In this document: positions 40,701 to 51,528 of the stretch, piece by piece | Layout of the letters: each line of letters starts with the position of its first letter | Numbering within the stretch: position 1 is the first letter of the stretch | Assembly (NCBI GenBank): GCA_002633005.1 | Contig: NMRA01000164.1 | Location: forward strand, 108,289-172,288 | DNA: 64,000 bases | Source of the DNA: Phoronis australis | Taxonomy: Eukaryota > Animalia > Phoronida | Reading direction: 5' to 3' | Notes under the pieces: generated by a model | What the model was told of the DNA's origin: nothing | Seen by the model: the letters and a program-made list of their open reading frames with translations, nothing else | Databases searched by the model: none | Translations under genes and position numbers: made by a program

Positions 40701-41614
40701 GCACACGCTCGCTCACTCACACAATACGCAGACGAACTACAAAACAAACATCACGTGACAACAACATGTGTGTTCGTCCAGAGATTTTTCTCGTGTTGCG
40801 GAGTATGATCTAGCGCAGATTTGGACTTAATATGCTATTAATCCTGACTCCACAGGAACTTTAAATTACTAGTGACGCTATTTTGAAAACTTAAGGAGGA
40901 CTTCAGGTAATTCGTTGAATCTAAACTATATTTTTACTCAAGAATTCCAAGTTGACCAATCGGCGATCGCGAGGCAGCGTCGCATCAGTCGGCGAGTTTT
41001 CGCACTGGGATTTCCTGAAAAATGCTCGTAATTTAACTACAAAGTTTGATAGCAATGCACTGCAATTTTGTAGAAACTCTGTCATAGGTTACAGGTGAGT
41101 CAAATACTGAATTCTAGCTTACGATTTCACCTGTTTCGGAGACCGGGTTTTAACCACTTTTGGGCTGTAATAAGCCCCCCCCCTTCCTGAAGCGAATTTT
41201 TCTAAGCGCCCTGGGCGCTTATTAGGGCGAATACGGTACGCGAAAATCCGTCGCCTATTGTTGACACGACTGGAGTCGAGAACAAAACGCTGCTGTGACA
41301 CTACAGTTGCCTTTTCATTTTACCGTAACTCGTTGCACCACACAAAAACACAAATGTTTGATTTAGTTTGAACATTGGCGAATAGTCTTGTAGAAAGAAA
41401 AGAACATTTCTTCCATTCGAATTCAAAAATCGAGATGCCGGTCAGAAAGCCGGATTTTACATTTTTTCAGTGAACAAAAGCAAAACAATAAATAAACTGC
41501 CTGCAAATGAAAGATTCAAACGGATATAGTCTACATAACCATGAATAAAATAAGAACAAAATGAACGGTAAGCTTTACAAAACAATTATTTAAAGGACAC
41601 TCACGGTCAGCCAT
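7706..41614 (-). CDS. FUS: FET-family RNA-binding protein (FUS/EWSR1/TAF15/cabeza-like), copy 1, complete, 13 coding exons, 441 aa
   Basis: Exons, all GT-AG and phase-consistent, 1326 nt in total: 41614-41605 (MAD), 37295-37253, 32520-32430, 31904-31742, 31245-31189, 29790-29580 (SYGQ-rich low-complexity domain), 18051-18020 ([11 protein letters not shown]), 15624-15583, 14421-14315, 12219-12090, 9898-9770 (RRM: [33 protein letters not shown], then RGG), 8236-8161, 7940-7706 (RanBP2 Zn[38 protein letters not shown]). The symbol is family-level only. Confidence 0.93.
9929..11544 (+). mobile_element. Kolobok-like non-autonomous DNA transposon (family A)
   Basis: TTAA TSD, TIR AGGAG(A/C)ATGCCACCC, empty site gatcttaaacggtaa at ~54750. 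Degenerate THAP start (MLRCIVPAC). Homologous to 24138-25839. Confidence 0.82.
11621..11683. repeat. CA/CG compound microsatellite
   Basis: acacacacgtacacacgcgcgcggacacacgcgcgcgg...; a shorter version is at ~54830-54857. Confidence 0.85.
12339..14231. mobile_element. TA-target (Tc1/mariner/pogo-type) non-autonomous element
   Basis: TIR CGGTGTTTTCTCTAT..TTCGTA, subterminal tgtacgaacta repeats at both ends, empty site gcataatctaag at ~55526. Confidence 0.82.
17910..18213 (-). promoter_or_regulatory. Conserved intronic splicing-regulatory block around the 32-nt exon 7
   Basis: 304 bp with no difference seen versus 61734-62037, of which only 32 bp are coding. Confidence 0.6.
19025..20234 (-). 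mobile_element. HINE family copy (FET copy 1, intron 6)
   Basis: acaagagcaacgcagag...gtgggcgcataaaaa. Absent from the paralogous site (~62775, cccttgttaaaagg). Inserted in an A/T run with no TSD. Confidence 0.85.
21140..24090. mobile_element. TA-target (Tc1/mariner/pogo-type) non-autonomous element, ~2.95 kb
   Basis: TA|CCGTAAACGTTCGGATTAAC...GTTAACCCGAATGTTTACGG|TA, with subterminal gggcggttaa repeats. Absent at ~63690. Confidence 0.85.
24138..25839 (+). mobile_element. Kolobok-like non-autonomous DNA transposon (family A) with intact THAP domain
   Basis: ttaa|AGGAAAATGACACC...GGTGGTATTCTCCT|ttac. ORF 24313-24591 [24 protein letters not shown] (THAP C2CH). Opposite strand carries GYQFEPEY. 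Absent at ~63730. Confidence 0.82.
27372..28885 (-). mobile_element. HINE family copy (FET copy 1, intron 6)
   Basis: aacaagagCAACGCagaGCGTTG hairpin, subTIR atgcgcccac, 452-bp period (27919/28371, 28225/28677), ggac microsatellite, atgcgtccacatat-aaat-atgtgggcgcat terminal hairpin. Confidence 0.85.
34076..37183. mobile_element. Degenerate ISL2EU-like (PIF/Harbinger-related) transposon: SAP/YqaJ gene remnant (+) and THAP-transposase remnant (-)
   Basis: AT|GGGGCTATTCGGA...TCCGAATAGCCCC|AT. SAP-like [23 protein letters not shown] (~34180-34248). YqaJ-like [44 protein letters not shown] (~35450-35875). [29 protein letters not shown] (-, ~37005-36895). Many stops; N at 35114. Confidence 0.8.
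37552..38110 (+). repeat. Dispersed repeat, also present at ~22147-22690
   Basis: Shared ggtcgcatt..gacctgaaatttggaaatgcaagc, cgccgaagaaa, gaccaactta, agacaatcg blocks in the same order. Confidence 0.75.
39044..41236. mobile_element. Foldback-like TA-target element with ~500-bp inverted arms (FET intron 1)
   Basis: 39045-39545 is an inverted, diverged copy of ~40700-41215. Right end reads ..gggcgcttattagggcgaatacgg|ta; left end is ta|ccg with a short deletion. A related fragment lies at ~43760-44010. Confidence 0.75.
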
Positions 41615-41645
41615 TGTTTTCTGTTTCTTCCTCAAACAACGACTG

Positions 41646-41724
41646 CTCGCTGGCTCGCTGGTTCCCTGCGTGCTTAGCCCAGCCAGCTACCGCCCCACCT
41701 AGCGGCACGCAGGGAACCAGCGAG
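41646..41724. mobile_element. 79-bp mini-element (internal deletion derivative of 50245-50824) with 10-bp TSD
   Basis: Perfect 20-bp IR CTCGCTGGTTCCCTGCGTGC (41654-73 / 41705-24), flanked by ACAACGACTG direct repeats (41636-45, 41725-34). Confidence 0.8.
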
Positions 41725-42068
41725 ACAACGACTGTCCCTTAGAGTTGATACAAAATGCTGAAGAAACTTTTTGTGGGAATAAATATTCCGTTAAGTATTA
41801 TTTTGAGTAAACATAATGAAATAAAAAATGTGAAATCACTTAGTAAGACTCTTTTCATAGCTTTTTAAAATATTTTTTTCAAATTTGTAGCATAAACAGA
41901 ATTTTAAATTTCTTCTCTGAATTAGAGTTTTTTTGCATTTGTAGTTTGTTTACGTAGGCCTACAAGAAAAGCTGTGGAGACTGTTATCAGCAGACGGTAC
42001 TAAAATCAATATTCCACATGCCGCATTTGGCAGGCACACGCAGTCGGTGCTTTTCATTTCATATCCTG

Positions 42069-43229
42069 CATAGGCGGATTTAGGGTTGCCCCCCCCCCCC
42101 CTGGCTGCCGCAAGCAAAATAGCTAGCAAACAGCGTGGCGGATGACTGAGGGGGGCGGAATCGTGTTCCCGTTTTTTGTTAGTCCACCGCATAGGCGGAT
42201 TTAGGGGGGGTCCAGAGGGCCCGGCCCCCCCCTTGGCTGCCGCAAAAAATAAAACAGTAAGAGCGTAGGGAAATGTTGAGTTTATTAATTAACCCCGGTA
42301 ATTAAAATTATACGGATGAAAAAAGATTTAAATGCAGTGGCGGATCTAGGATATCACAAGGGGGGTGGGGCCAACATTTTGTCCGGCTGTAAGCATTTGC
42401 ACAAACTGAACCACGATTGTAGATGCGCATAGCACCGAATGGGGCAGTTTTAGTGTTGGGAGGGGGCTCAAATCCAATTTCAAGTGTCAAATTCGGAACA
42501 CGGTGCACTCGTAACGGAACTATGGCTAAGTATAGGCTCTCCCGCGATATCCCAGGCGACCGGCAGTGGCGCTGCGCACTACGACTCCGTTTCCGTCGTC
42601 TGCTCCACTGTGCAATGAAGAAAATTTACTTCATTTTTTAAAGAAAATGGAACCTGAGTGACGATGAAAAAACAGAAGCTGCTGGTAAGATGTGAATTTT
42701 AATCGAAGCCTTAGTTAATCACTCAGAAACTCGCAATACTCTCTTTAATTATCAAACCTTATCTTAAGACGATTTCCAAAGCAATAACGTTATTATTGCC
42801 AACACGAAAAACGGATTTGGTCTTGAATGAGATTCGTAGTTAAATCGTGGTGGTGTAGTGATAACGCATGCGCGCACTATTCGTCAGGTCGTGAGATCGA
42901 GTCTTTGATACTTGCAGATTTTCCTGTTTGACACGCTCTCCGTTTTTTGTTTTTGCCTTTTTTTGTTGGATACTACTTCAGGAATCAAGGAAAATGCTTG
43001 ATTTTTAGAGGTAAAAACAGAAAAATTTCCTGGGCAAACCCCCCTCCCGACCTCCCCCCATTCGGTGCTATGCGCATCTACAATCGTGGTTCAGTTTGCG
43101 CAAATGCTTACAGCCGGTCAAAATGTTGGCCCCCTTGTGATATCCTAGATCCGCCACTGCACCGATAGATTTCCTGAAAGATGGTACACATCCCCTGCCC
43201 CCGGAATTAACTTTCGGGCCGCCTATATG
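42069..43229. mobile_element. Cluster of nested G/C-run hAT-like MITEs
   Basis: CATAGGCGGATTTAGGG starts at 42069 and 42190, with a ccgcctatatg end at ~43219-43229. Nested element 42335-43159 has ~110-bp TIRs starting CAGTGGCGGATCTAGG. Confidence 0.7.
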
Positions 43230-44142
43230 CTCATACAATAAGCTTTGCCCAATTCCCCGAGGCAATATGTTAGGTAAAAAAGTGGTATTAAGATAAAGTC
43301 TCAGTGACACAAAATTAGAGTCATTAAAAACTACAGTCTTCCTTGAGTAAACTAAATTATTTAACGGTGTTGGAAAAAATGGCGTTTACCGTTATTCTGC
43401 TGCTAAAGTTGTGGAGCAAGGGAGCTGTGTTTAGCGACGGCTTTAGTTTCGGGCCACTCCAAAAGGCAGAAAATACTGCGTCACCTACGGGCCAGTTTCT
43501 TTTTCGACGATTCTTCAATCAACTGTTTTTCTTTCACGATCGAGGTTGCGTACACGTCACAGTAAATTATCGGAACTGCATGGTTTCACTTCGATCATTA
43601 TCGTGAGCTTTTAGAATTTTGATACCCATCAACTTAACCGAATTTCAGAAGAAATTCTGCTGCCAAGCTACAATTAGCTCCTGCGAGGTATCGCAAAAAT
43701 TTAGGAAATGGCGCGTGCGCGTGACACGAGCGTACTGTTTTCAAAACGACGACGTACTTTTCATTGTTAGAAAAGGCGGAGAGTTACGCTAGAAAATGAC
43801 GTTTATTGCATTGTTTTTCACTTAAACGGGTGTAACGGGCAAGGTGAGTGTCGTTTAATTCTAGTCTCAGATTTTGCATGCACCCTGTCCGGTCTTTAGC
43901 TTTAGGCCTACATGATCTTGATACAAGTTTCATGGCGAGACGAGCAGAACTACCCTGGCTGTGTGCAATTTCGGGGTTTACAGAAAATACACACAGTGGT
44001 AGCTAGCTGTATTTTGACGACAGTCTTCATACAGCTAGCTGGCTGGTTCAGTAGCCCCCCCCCCCTCCCCTTATGGTAGGCCTATCCTAGATCCGTCACT
44101 GTCCTGTTGACGATATTCTCCACAAAGAATCTAAACAACTTA

Positions 44143-44975
44143 ATGGCGCTGCTTAGGAAAGAGTTTGTCTATTCATGGATTATAGTCTATGGTCTATTCA
44201 ACAGATGAATTTGTTCATGATGTGCCGTCTACGTACAGTGGATCTAATTGTCTTTGACTAAGTTTGACAACCTTGTGGACATTGTGGGAAGAGGCCAAGA
44301 AGAACTCCATGTTCAAATATAACCTGGGGGCGGTTGAAACCAAGGTCCTTCCCCGAAATAAATCTTATGTTTTACAAAGAAACATTCTCAGAGGCAGTAT
44401 AGGCGCAGACCGCAAGAAATTTCAAGCATGAACCAAAAACCTTTCAAGTCAAAAGAATTCAATTTCAAGAAAGTAAGAGAAGGTGAAACTTTGATGGAGC
44501 TGAGGAAAAAAGAATCTTCGAAAGACAACAGTGCACTATCTCACGGAATGCTGACTGGTCTGAAAATGGACAGGAACCTGCTCATAATCAGTGTCAGTCC
44601 TTTAGAGTATGGCCATGTATTGCTGGTCCCAGGAGCAGACAAAAACACTCCACAAAGATTAGATGCAAGTGCTCTCAAGCAAGCTATTGAAATGCTTCTT
44701 TTGAGCTCACATCCAGGTTTCCGTCTTGGTTTCCAGCAACTGTGCGTTTACTGTTGTATCCAAGGAAACCAATATTTGGTGTCAAAGAATTAACAATGTT
44801 CAACACGGCAGTGGTTGAATTAAGTGGTCACATAGTTGTTCTGGTTTCTGATGATTATGACAAGGCTACGGGAGGCCGGACATTGATGATCAAATCTTTT
44901 TCTTCAGTTTCACTGGGTGCAGAAGAATTTGAAAGTATAAAAGCCGATTTCATACAAATGTTGGCTTACAGTTGA
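44143..44975 (+). pseudogene. GDPGP1: GDP-D-glucose phosphorylase 1 pseudogene (frameshifts; internal deletion of the catalytic region)
   Basis: MALLRKEFVYS.., ..FKYNLGAVETKVLP.., RRRPQEISS..FNFKKV..IISVSPLEYGHVLLVP..PQRL..LLSSHPGFRLGF, then directly (other frame) the C-terminal VRLLLYPRKPIFGVKE..FNTAVVELSGH. Both parts match recalled GDPGP1 motifs (INVSPLEWGHVLLVP; FNVALCELAGH). The SVNHLHLH motif is absent. Confidence 0.88.
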
Positions 44976-47565
44976 TAACAAGACAAGTTGGGCTCATCTA
45001 CACATTCCAGAGAACGTTTAGCTTTATTCGGTTGTGAGCTTTTAGTTTGGCTGATTTTCTCAGTTGCCAACAGATACAAAGTTAATGCCAAGGATATATT
45101 ACAGCTTGACCTGAACATATCAGTTTGACTACAGTGTTCAACACTTAGTCTCACAACAACTTGCCAAATGGAACCTGGCAAAATTCGTCAAGTGGTCAAT
45201 TGGGAAATGAGGTTACCAAAACAAGGAAACCCCGTATGCGGGGTGGCAAAAGTCTTGACCCACAGAAACGGCGCATAGTTGGTAGTAGTGAGAAATGAAA
45301 AATCGAGTTATTTTAGTTGAGTAGAAAGTTATAGGAGTGGATTGTGAGTTCGATAACGCCCTATTACCCTCCTCGTGTGCCCAATATTACTCCGATGTGG
45401 CGCGACTTGGCATTTTTACTGTGTTATTAAACAAAATCTAAGGTCGCCGCATTGGGGACCTGCAGATCACCAAATCAACCCCTGGACCAATACGAGTTAT
45501 GTGTCCTTGCATCCGTTACAATGGTTGGCATATCAATTCACAGCACAACTCCTACATACATTATATCCACGGAACACATTGGAAGCTCTTTTAGCAACAG
45601 TATGCTAGTGTAAATCTTCCCAATCATTTGAAGTGGAAACATCGTGATGTGAAACATGCCAAAAATATATTGACTGTCTTTATAGTATTCAGCGTTGTGC
45701 AGCGTGTCAGGCATGAGCATTGTCACCCAAATGCCTGGTTCTCTGGGATGGGAACCACTGTCACCAAGTTCATCCGCCTTGCAGAAACAAAAGATGAATA
45801 ATTAAACTCACAAATAATTATCATTTTACATACCTGGCACAGGTCTAAAAATATTTTTTAATTCTAAGAAACAAGAGTGTTACCAAAATGCGAAAAATAA
45901 CAGGGTTTGATAAGTAATATCAAACGAAAAATGAACCAGGGAGGTAATAAAATGGAAAATAATTTCTCAGTGATTCAAAAGATTTGTATCTTGTGCGAAG
46001 AGGAAGAGTTAAGAATATGGATCCCTCAGAGTTGCTGTGAAGAATTTAGAAAGGCATTCATACTTTTTTATACATTATTGGCCTTTTGGTGGCGTTTGAT
46101 ACAGTTCTACAGTAAAAATTCGGGATGTAGTGGCAATTACAAAATGTGATAAACTACTTCAACTACCTATCCAAGATAAAGGCTTTCTGATAAGAAATGA
46201 GCAAATATCTGTCGTGTCGCTTTAGTAGTGTGGATAGGTGATTACATAGGTTGCAGTGTATCAATTTCCAAAGTAGAAGGAAGAGATGGTCATATGTTAT
46301 TGATAATAGTTTATAAATAAACTCAGTTCTTCAGAAAGTAAAAATTAACGATCCTGACACCTGCAGTGACCCTAAGCAAGAGACATTGGAACATATTTTT
46401 CGATTGTTATGTTACTAAAGGAAGTGGACTCTAGAAAATAACATGGAGTATTCAAGACAAGGAAACTGTCATTTTGAGCACCACTTGCATAGTTGTCAAC
46501 ACTAAGTGAAAAAACGGGACAACTATGCCAAAACGCAAGGGTGAAATGTTCGCGGCCGCAACACACAAAAACGTTCTTATAGCGTTTTTGTAGAACAGGA
46601 GGCTTACCGTGACTCCGTAAATACTAAGCCCTCCCGATCGATAAAAAGCCCACGGTTTATTTGGCTAATTTTAGCCACAAATTCAGTTTTGTGGAGCATT
46701 CGTTATTTACAAAAACGGACAAAGTGTTGGCGAACTATGTATTCATTAACGTAAAATTAATTAAAAAGCACAGTTTATGAAAAAATCCCAGGTCGCCAAA
46801 CATAATCTGAGGTCGCATTGGGCACAGAATCTGATCCACGGGAAATGAGTTTGAACCCCGGGTGTTGAAGTGTGGGAAATTTTTGGAGCACCATTTCTAT
46901 GATTCATCCCCAGCCACCAGAAACTGAGCCTACCCACGTTTTAACAAGGCATTTTAAAACGGACCCATTGGCAGAGTATACCAGTGTTCGGTTGCATGAA
47001 ACAGTCCCAAATAGGGACTCAATTAAGTTCTCTAAATCTTTTGCGTATTTTTTTTGTAATTTACTCACACATGTTATATTTTTTCTATAAATTTATTTTT
47101 GTTATGAGCCCTTCTTTGACCAAATGACATTTCCAAATAATATTACTAAAAACAGTCAAAATAATTAAGGACTTATTCCTTCAATTAGGGCCGTTGCACG
47201 AAAAGACCCTTACTTATTTTCAATCATAAAAATTAAAAATTCAACGTAGAGTTAACTCTCGATTTCTATCAAAACCAAAAATAAACTTAGTATGGAGGCT
47301 TATACAGCATAAGAAAGGATAATCAATGTCGTCAAAAGCCCACAAATACGCAGTAGAGTTAGGAACCTTAGTTGAGCCCCTATTTGTGACTGATTCATGA
47401 AACCGGGCACTGGATACCCCGGCTAAACCCTAACCCTTTCCAAGTGACCACGAGTGTATCATAGCTCTACCTTTCCGATTGACTCCATACCCCAAAAGCG
47501 CCTTAGCAACTTTTGCCAGACGTTTACTATGCACGTATTAATTATGAAGCATACGGAAACAAGTA

Positions 47566-48825
47566 TGGAATCTTTGTGTTTGTTAGAATAGGTTTATTAT
47601 GCAACTTTTGCCCATTAATTTTCTGAAATGTGACACATAATTATGCACAAGGTCTTGTATGTTGCCATAAACATTTTACAGTTAGTAGGGACGTGACCTG
47701 ATCATTGCAGTGTCAGCCTGACTGAGTCCACAGTGTCCATTGCTGTGTGCCAAGAGGAGTCGGATTTTTAGATTTAAACTGGAGTAAATATTTGGAAGAA
47801 GAATGCCTGACCGTTGTGTAGTTGGAGGCTGTGGTTACGCCAAGGGCTAGGGTATCTTTGCCACTGGTCCAAGACTGCGTTGCAAGTGAGAATACTTTGC
47901 GAAGTCCACGAGTAGAGCGTGGCCGTATTCGGTAGTATTCAGCAAATATATTTCTATGGACTGCTTCTAGAACGACAGCCTGTGATCCGATTATAGTTGT
48001 AAACCATGATGGGTGAACTTTTAGAGAGTATTCAAAACGGTACATGTAGTCGCTTTCCATAAGCTAGTGGACCTTGAGCTAGTAATAAAAATCTAACATT
48101 CAAAACAGCGGATAGCATCGACAGATACTGTCGGACAGGATTAGAAGTAACCAGAAGATTGCTTTTCTTTTGAAGTACAGTTTTTGCAACACACCGGTAA
48201 GTGTTTGTCGGTGGATTTGTTGAATTGCTTGGTGCTCGTTACCTGTCGTTGCAATCCATTGACTTTTAGCCTAGTCGATCGCTAGTTGGACTAAATGAAC
48301 AGTAAGAGTAAAAAACCAAGTTCAGAAGACTTCCATTTCAAGTGTCCTTGTAATTATGTCATTGAGATTGTCACCTACACTCCATTTCAATTATATACGT
48401 GGTTAAATTATAAGATGACACCCTTTTTAATCACAGCTGAAAATGAAAAAAAATTAAAACTGCACTATTTTGTATTCTCACTTGCGACGCAGTCTTGGAT
48501 CAGTGGGAAACTTGTGCAAAGATACCCCAGACCTTGGCGTATTGCCACAGCCTCTAACTACACAACGGTCAGGCATTCTTCTTCAAATATTTACTCCAGT
48601 TTAAATCTAAAAATCCGTCTACATTTTAAAAAGTACTCCTCTTGGCACACACCAATGGACACTGTGGACTCAGTCTAGCTGACTGCAATGATCAGGTCAC
48701 TCCCCACTAACTATTGTAAAATGTTTATGGCAACACACAAGACCGTGTGCATATGTGTGACGTTTCAGAGAATTAATGGGCAAAAATTGCATAATAAACC
48801 ATTCTACCAAACACAAAGATTTCCA
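47566..48825. mobile_element. Two inverted 5' fragments of a THAP-encoding transposon
   Basis: Arms ~47566-47895 and ~48472-48825 are reverse complements. Each has MPDRCVV(G/R)GCG..; the right arm reads NTPRSGVSLHKFPTDPRLRRK* (THAP N-terminus). Confidence 0.75.
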
Positions 48826-49887
48826 GCCAAGAGTACAAACCTATGGACAGACTCGGCAGTGATCGGGTCAGGAATTCCTGATGTGACGTGTTTCCGAAGA
48901 TAGCCGAAGTTAAAAATTTTCTGTTCTCAAAATTTTGTGGGGAAGTGGGAGCGTGTTTTACACGAATAATAGAAGAATATGGGGTATGAAATAAAAAGAA
49001 ATGTGGTTTATAAGCAAACTTTATGAACAATCAACACATGTGTATACATTAACTACAACTAAATAGCTGTGAACCAATCTCTTTAAGGTGTGATTTCGTT
49101 TTAGGCTGAGTTTAAAGAGACTATTTTTATTCAGATTATTTAACAACACATCTCAAATTGTTCCTCAATCAGAAGAATGGGGCTGGAAAAAGTTCGTGTG
49201 AGACCATGACACAACACACCGTGACATGGCATTGTAACTGTTTTAAAATAATTTTCAAGAAAACAAACCAGTGCCCCTAATTAGACTAAGCAACAATACG
49301 AGAGTAGTCTCGCCACAAGTAAATTTTTGTGACGGATGGTGTATTTAATAGCTGCTGCAAATAGTGCCTATTTCTGGGATGCATCAACCTTGAAAATAAA
49401 CTGGGACAACCAAACATGAGAATCTTCTGCAAGAACTTTAATGCACCAAATAAGGAAAGGTGAAATAGATCAGCAGAAATTAAGGTACATTTTTTAAATT
49501 ATTTTATTCCAAACTCACAGCTACAGACAACTACTCATAACAATTGAGAGTCCAAAATTTGAACATGCTTTTGTGACAGGAAAGCTGATACTATTGTCAA
49601 AGAGGCAGTCCTGAGCCCATTGGGATAAAACACTGGTGCCCTTCAACTCGTGTAAATAACAAGCCTTTGTCCTCCCCCCATTCCACTTCTTTCTTGTCTG
49701 CATATAATAAACAGATTTTAATTGAAGGCCACTCATTTTCCTGTCCTATGGGGACCTCAGGTGAACAATTCTTTCCATAATATTTGAACTCCCAACAATT
49801 ACACAAAGAATGCCTTACAAATTATTCAAAATGACAAAGCCAGAGACATCTAAAGCCTACACAAATACTTCCCAGGGCAAAATCACC

Positions 49888-51528
49888 AACAAGAGTAACG
49901 CGGAGCGTTGAAATGCGCCTACGAATGCATCGCAAATGGTGTGCTTTTAGGGTTAATCATTTGTATCATAAAAATGGCCACCAATTGGCGCAAAAGCGTA
50001 CAATCCATTCAAAAACGGGAACATACCATATTTCATAAAAATGAGTCAAGGAAGTTCAGAGAAACAAAGGAAAACAGAATAAAATGAAATTGCCACTGTG
50101 GGCACAGCGTCCGTTGAATCCGCCTGAAAATTGTCATCTGTTGCTATCTTCATTATCAATATACTCACTAAACTAGGAGATACAGCTCATGGGCCCAAAA
50201 CAAAACTATCACTAGGAGGCGCCACAGTAGTCAGTCGCCATCATCTCGCTGGTTCCCTGCGTGGCGCTATGTGGGGAGGTAGCCGTGTCAGCATGCAGGT
50301 GTCCTTAATTTTCCTAGGTAAATTTTTTTACACTGGAGTTTCTGATTGGTTAGTCTATTCGTCAACAGGGAGCGCTTTACGCAAACAAACTGGCATTACT
50401 AATGGACTGAAGTGTAATTGTGGTCTGTTGCAGACAAATCGGTGTTTATGTTCAGGAAATGTGAAGCCTAGAAATTGTGATTGCGCCTTTTCGGAATGCA
50501 TCTTTCTACTGTCGATGACTTTTGTTTACGATAGTGTCCTGTATTCATGCAGTATGAATAACACACCGGTTAAATCGGCCAGATGCGTTTATTGTACATG
50601 TATGTGATTCAAGCACGCGGCTATGAAACATCACTGCAGAAACGAAATAGTTGCTGCGACGCTACTTGCATGACAAGGCTAAAAATTGTTCACAATCCGC
50701 CATTTTTCCCCGGTGTTGTAAAGCTAACCATTGACTGCCGAGGTTAAATCGACCAATGCTAAAGCGCGTGCCACTGCATGATACCTGCGTGGTGACTGGG
50801 CTAAGCATGCAGGGAACCAGCGACTTGCCATCATCAAACGTCCCCTTCACAATGAGAACATATACACCCATTTTTAAAACTATCCCCACAATGATTTGGT
50901 TGATAGAGGGGTGGACGCCAAAAACAAGATTCGAAAACACCAAGAATGACCACCACCTACCTCAATTCCATCCAAGAACAGGTTAGCGCCACCTCACCAA
51001 TAGATGCATGTATTTAAAATTTTATGAAAATCTGTTAAGGACCTTTGAACATACAGAGTTAAATGTAAAAAACTAAAATTGCCACTAGGGGGCACATCAG
51101 AAGTCAGATCCATCCGAAAGTCGTCGCCGTTCATTGTCAACATCATATAAATATACTTGCTAAATTAAGTAAAAATCCTGCAAACGGTTTAGGAGATACA
51201 GCCATGAGCCCAACAAAATATATAACTGCCACTAGGAGGCGCCACAGTAGTGGAAGTAGTCAGAAAATTATCGTCAGCCGTCCACTTCATAGTAAAAACA
51301 TACATGCCAATTTTCACAATTATCCTGAAAGCAGTGTGGTTGATAGACGAGTAGACGCCAAAAATCAGACTCCAAAACGGTGAAAATAGCCACTAGGTGG
51401 CGCAAACTAGGTCGAATCCACCTGAAAACAATGTCACCTCATTAACAGATGCCTGTATAGCATATTTTATAAAAATACGTTGAGGACCTTTGAAGATCCA
51501 CAGGTAAACGTAAAAAAATTAATTTGTC
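49888..51528 (-). mobile_element. HINE family copy, truncated at the duplication breakpoint, with a nested insertion
   Basis: Starts aacaagagtaacgcggagcgttgaaatgcgcc, then satellite subunits, and ends abruptly at ~51528 without the other terminus. Confidence 0.8.
50245..50824. mobile_element. 580-bp non-autonomous TIR element with ~10-bp TSD, nested in a HINE
   Basis: CTCGCTGGTTCCCTGC...GCAGGGAACCAGCGAC flanked by tcgccatcat / ttgccatcat. It interrupts a satellite subunit. Superfamily not assigned. Confidence 0.8.

Noticed and set aside
42847-42905. tRNA/SINE-like head
   Set aside because: Both boxes are degenerate and there is no acceptor stem; at most a decayed remnant.
45500-45780. Possible minus-strand exon after a pyrimidine tract
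   Set aside because: No recognisable protein in any frame and no partner exons.
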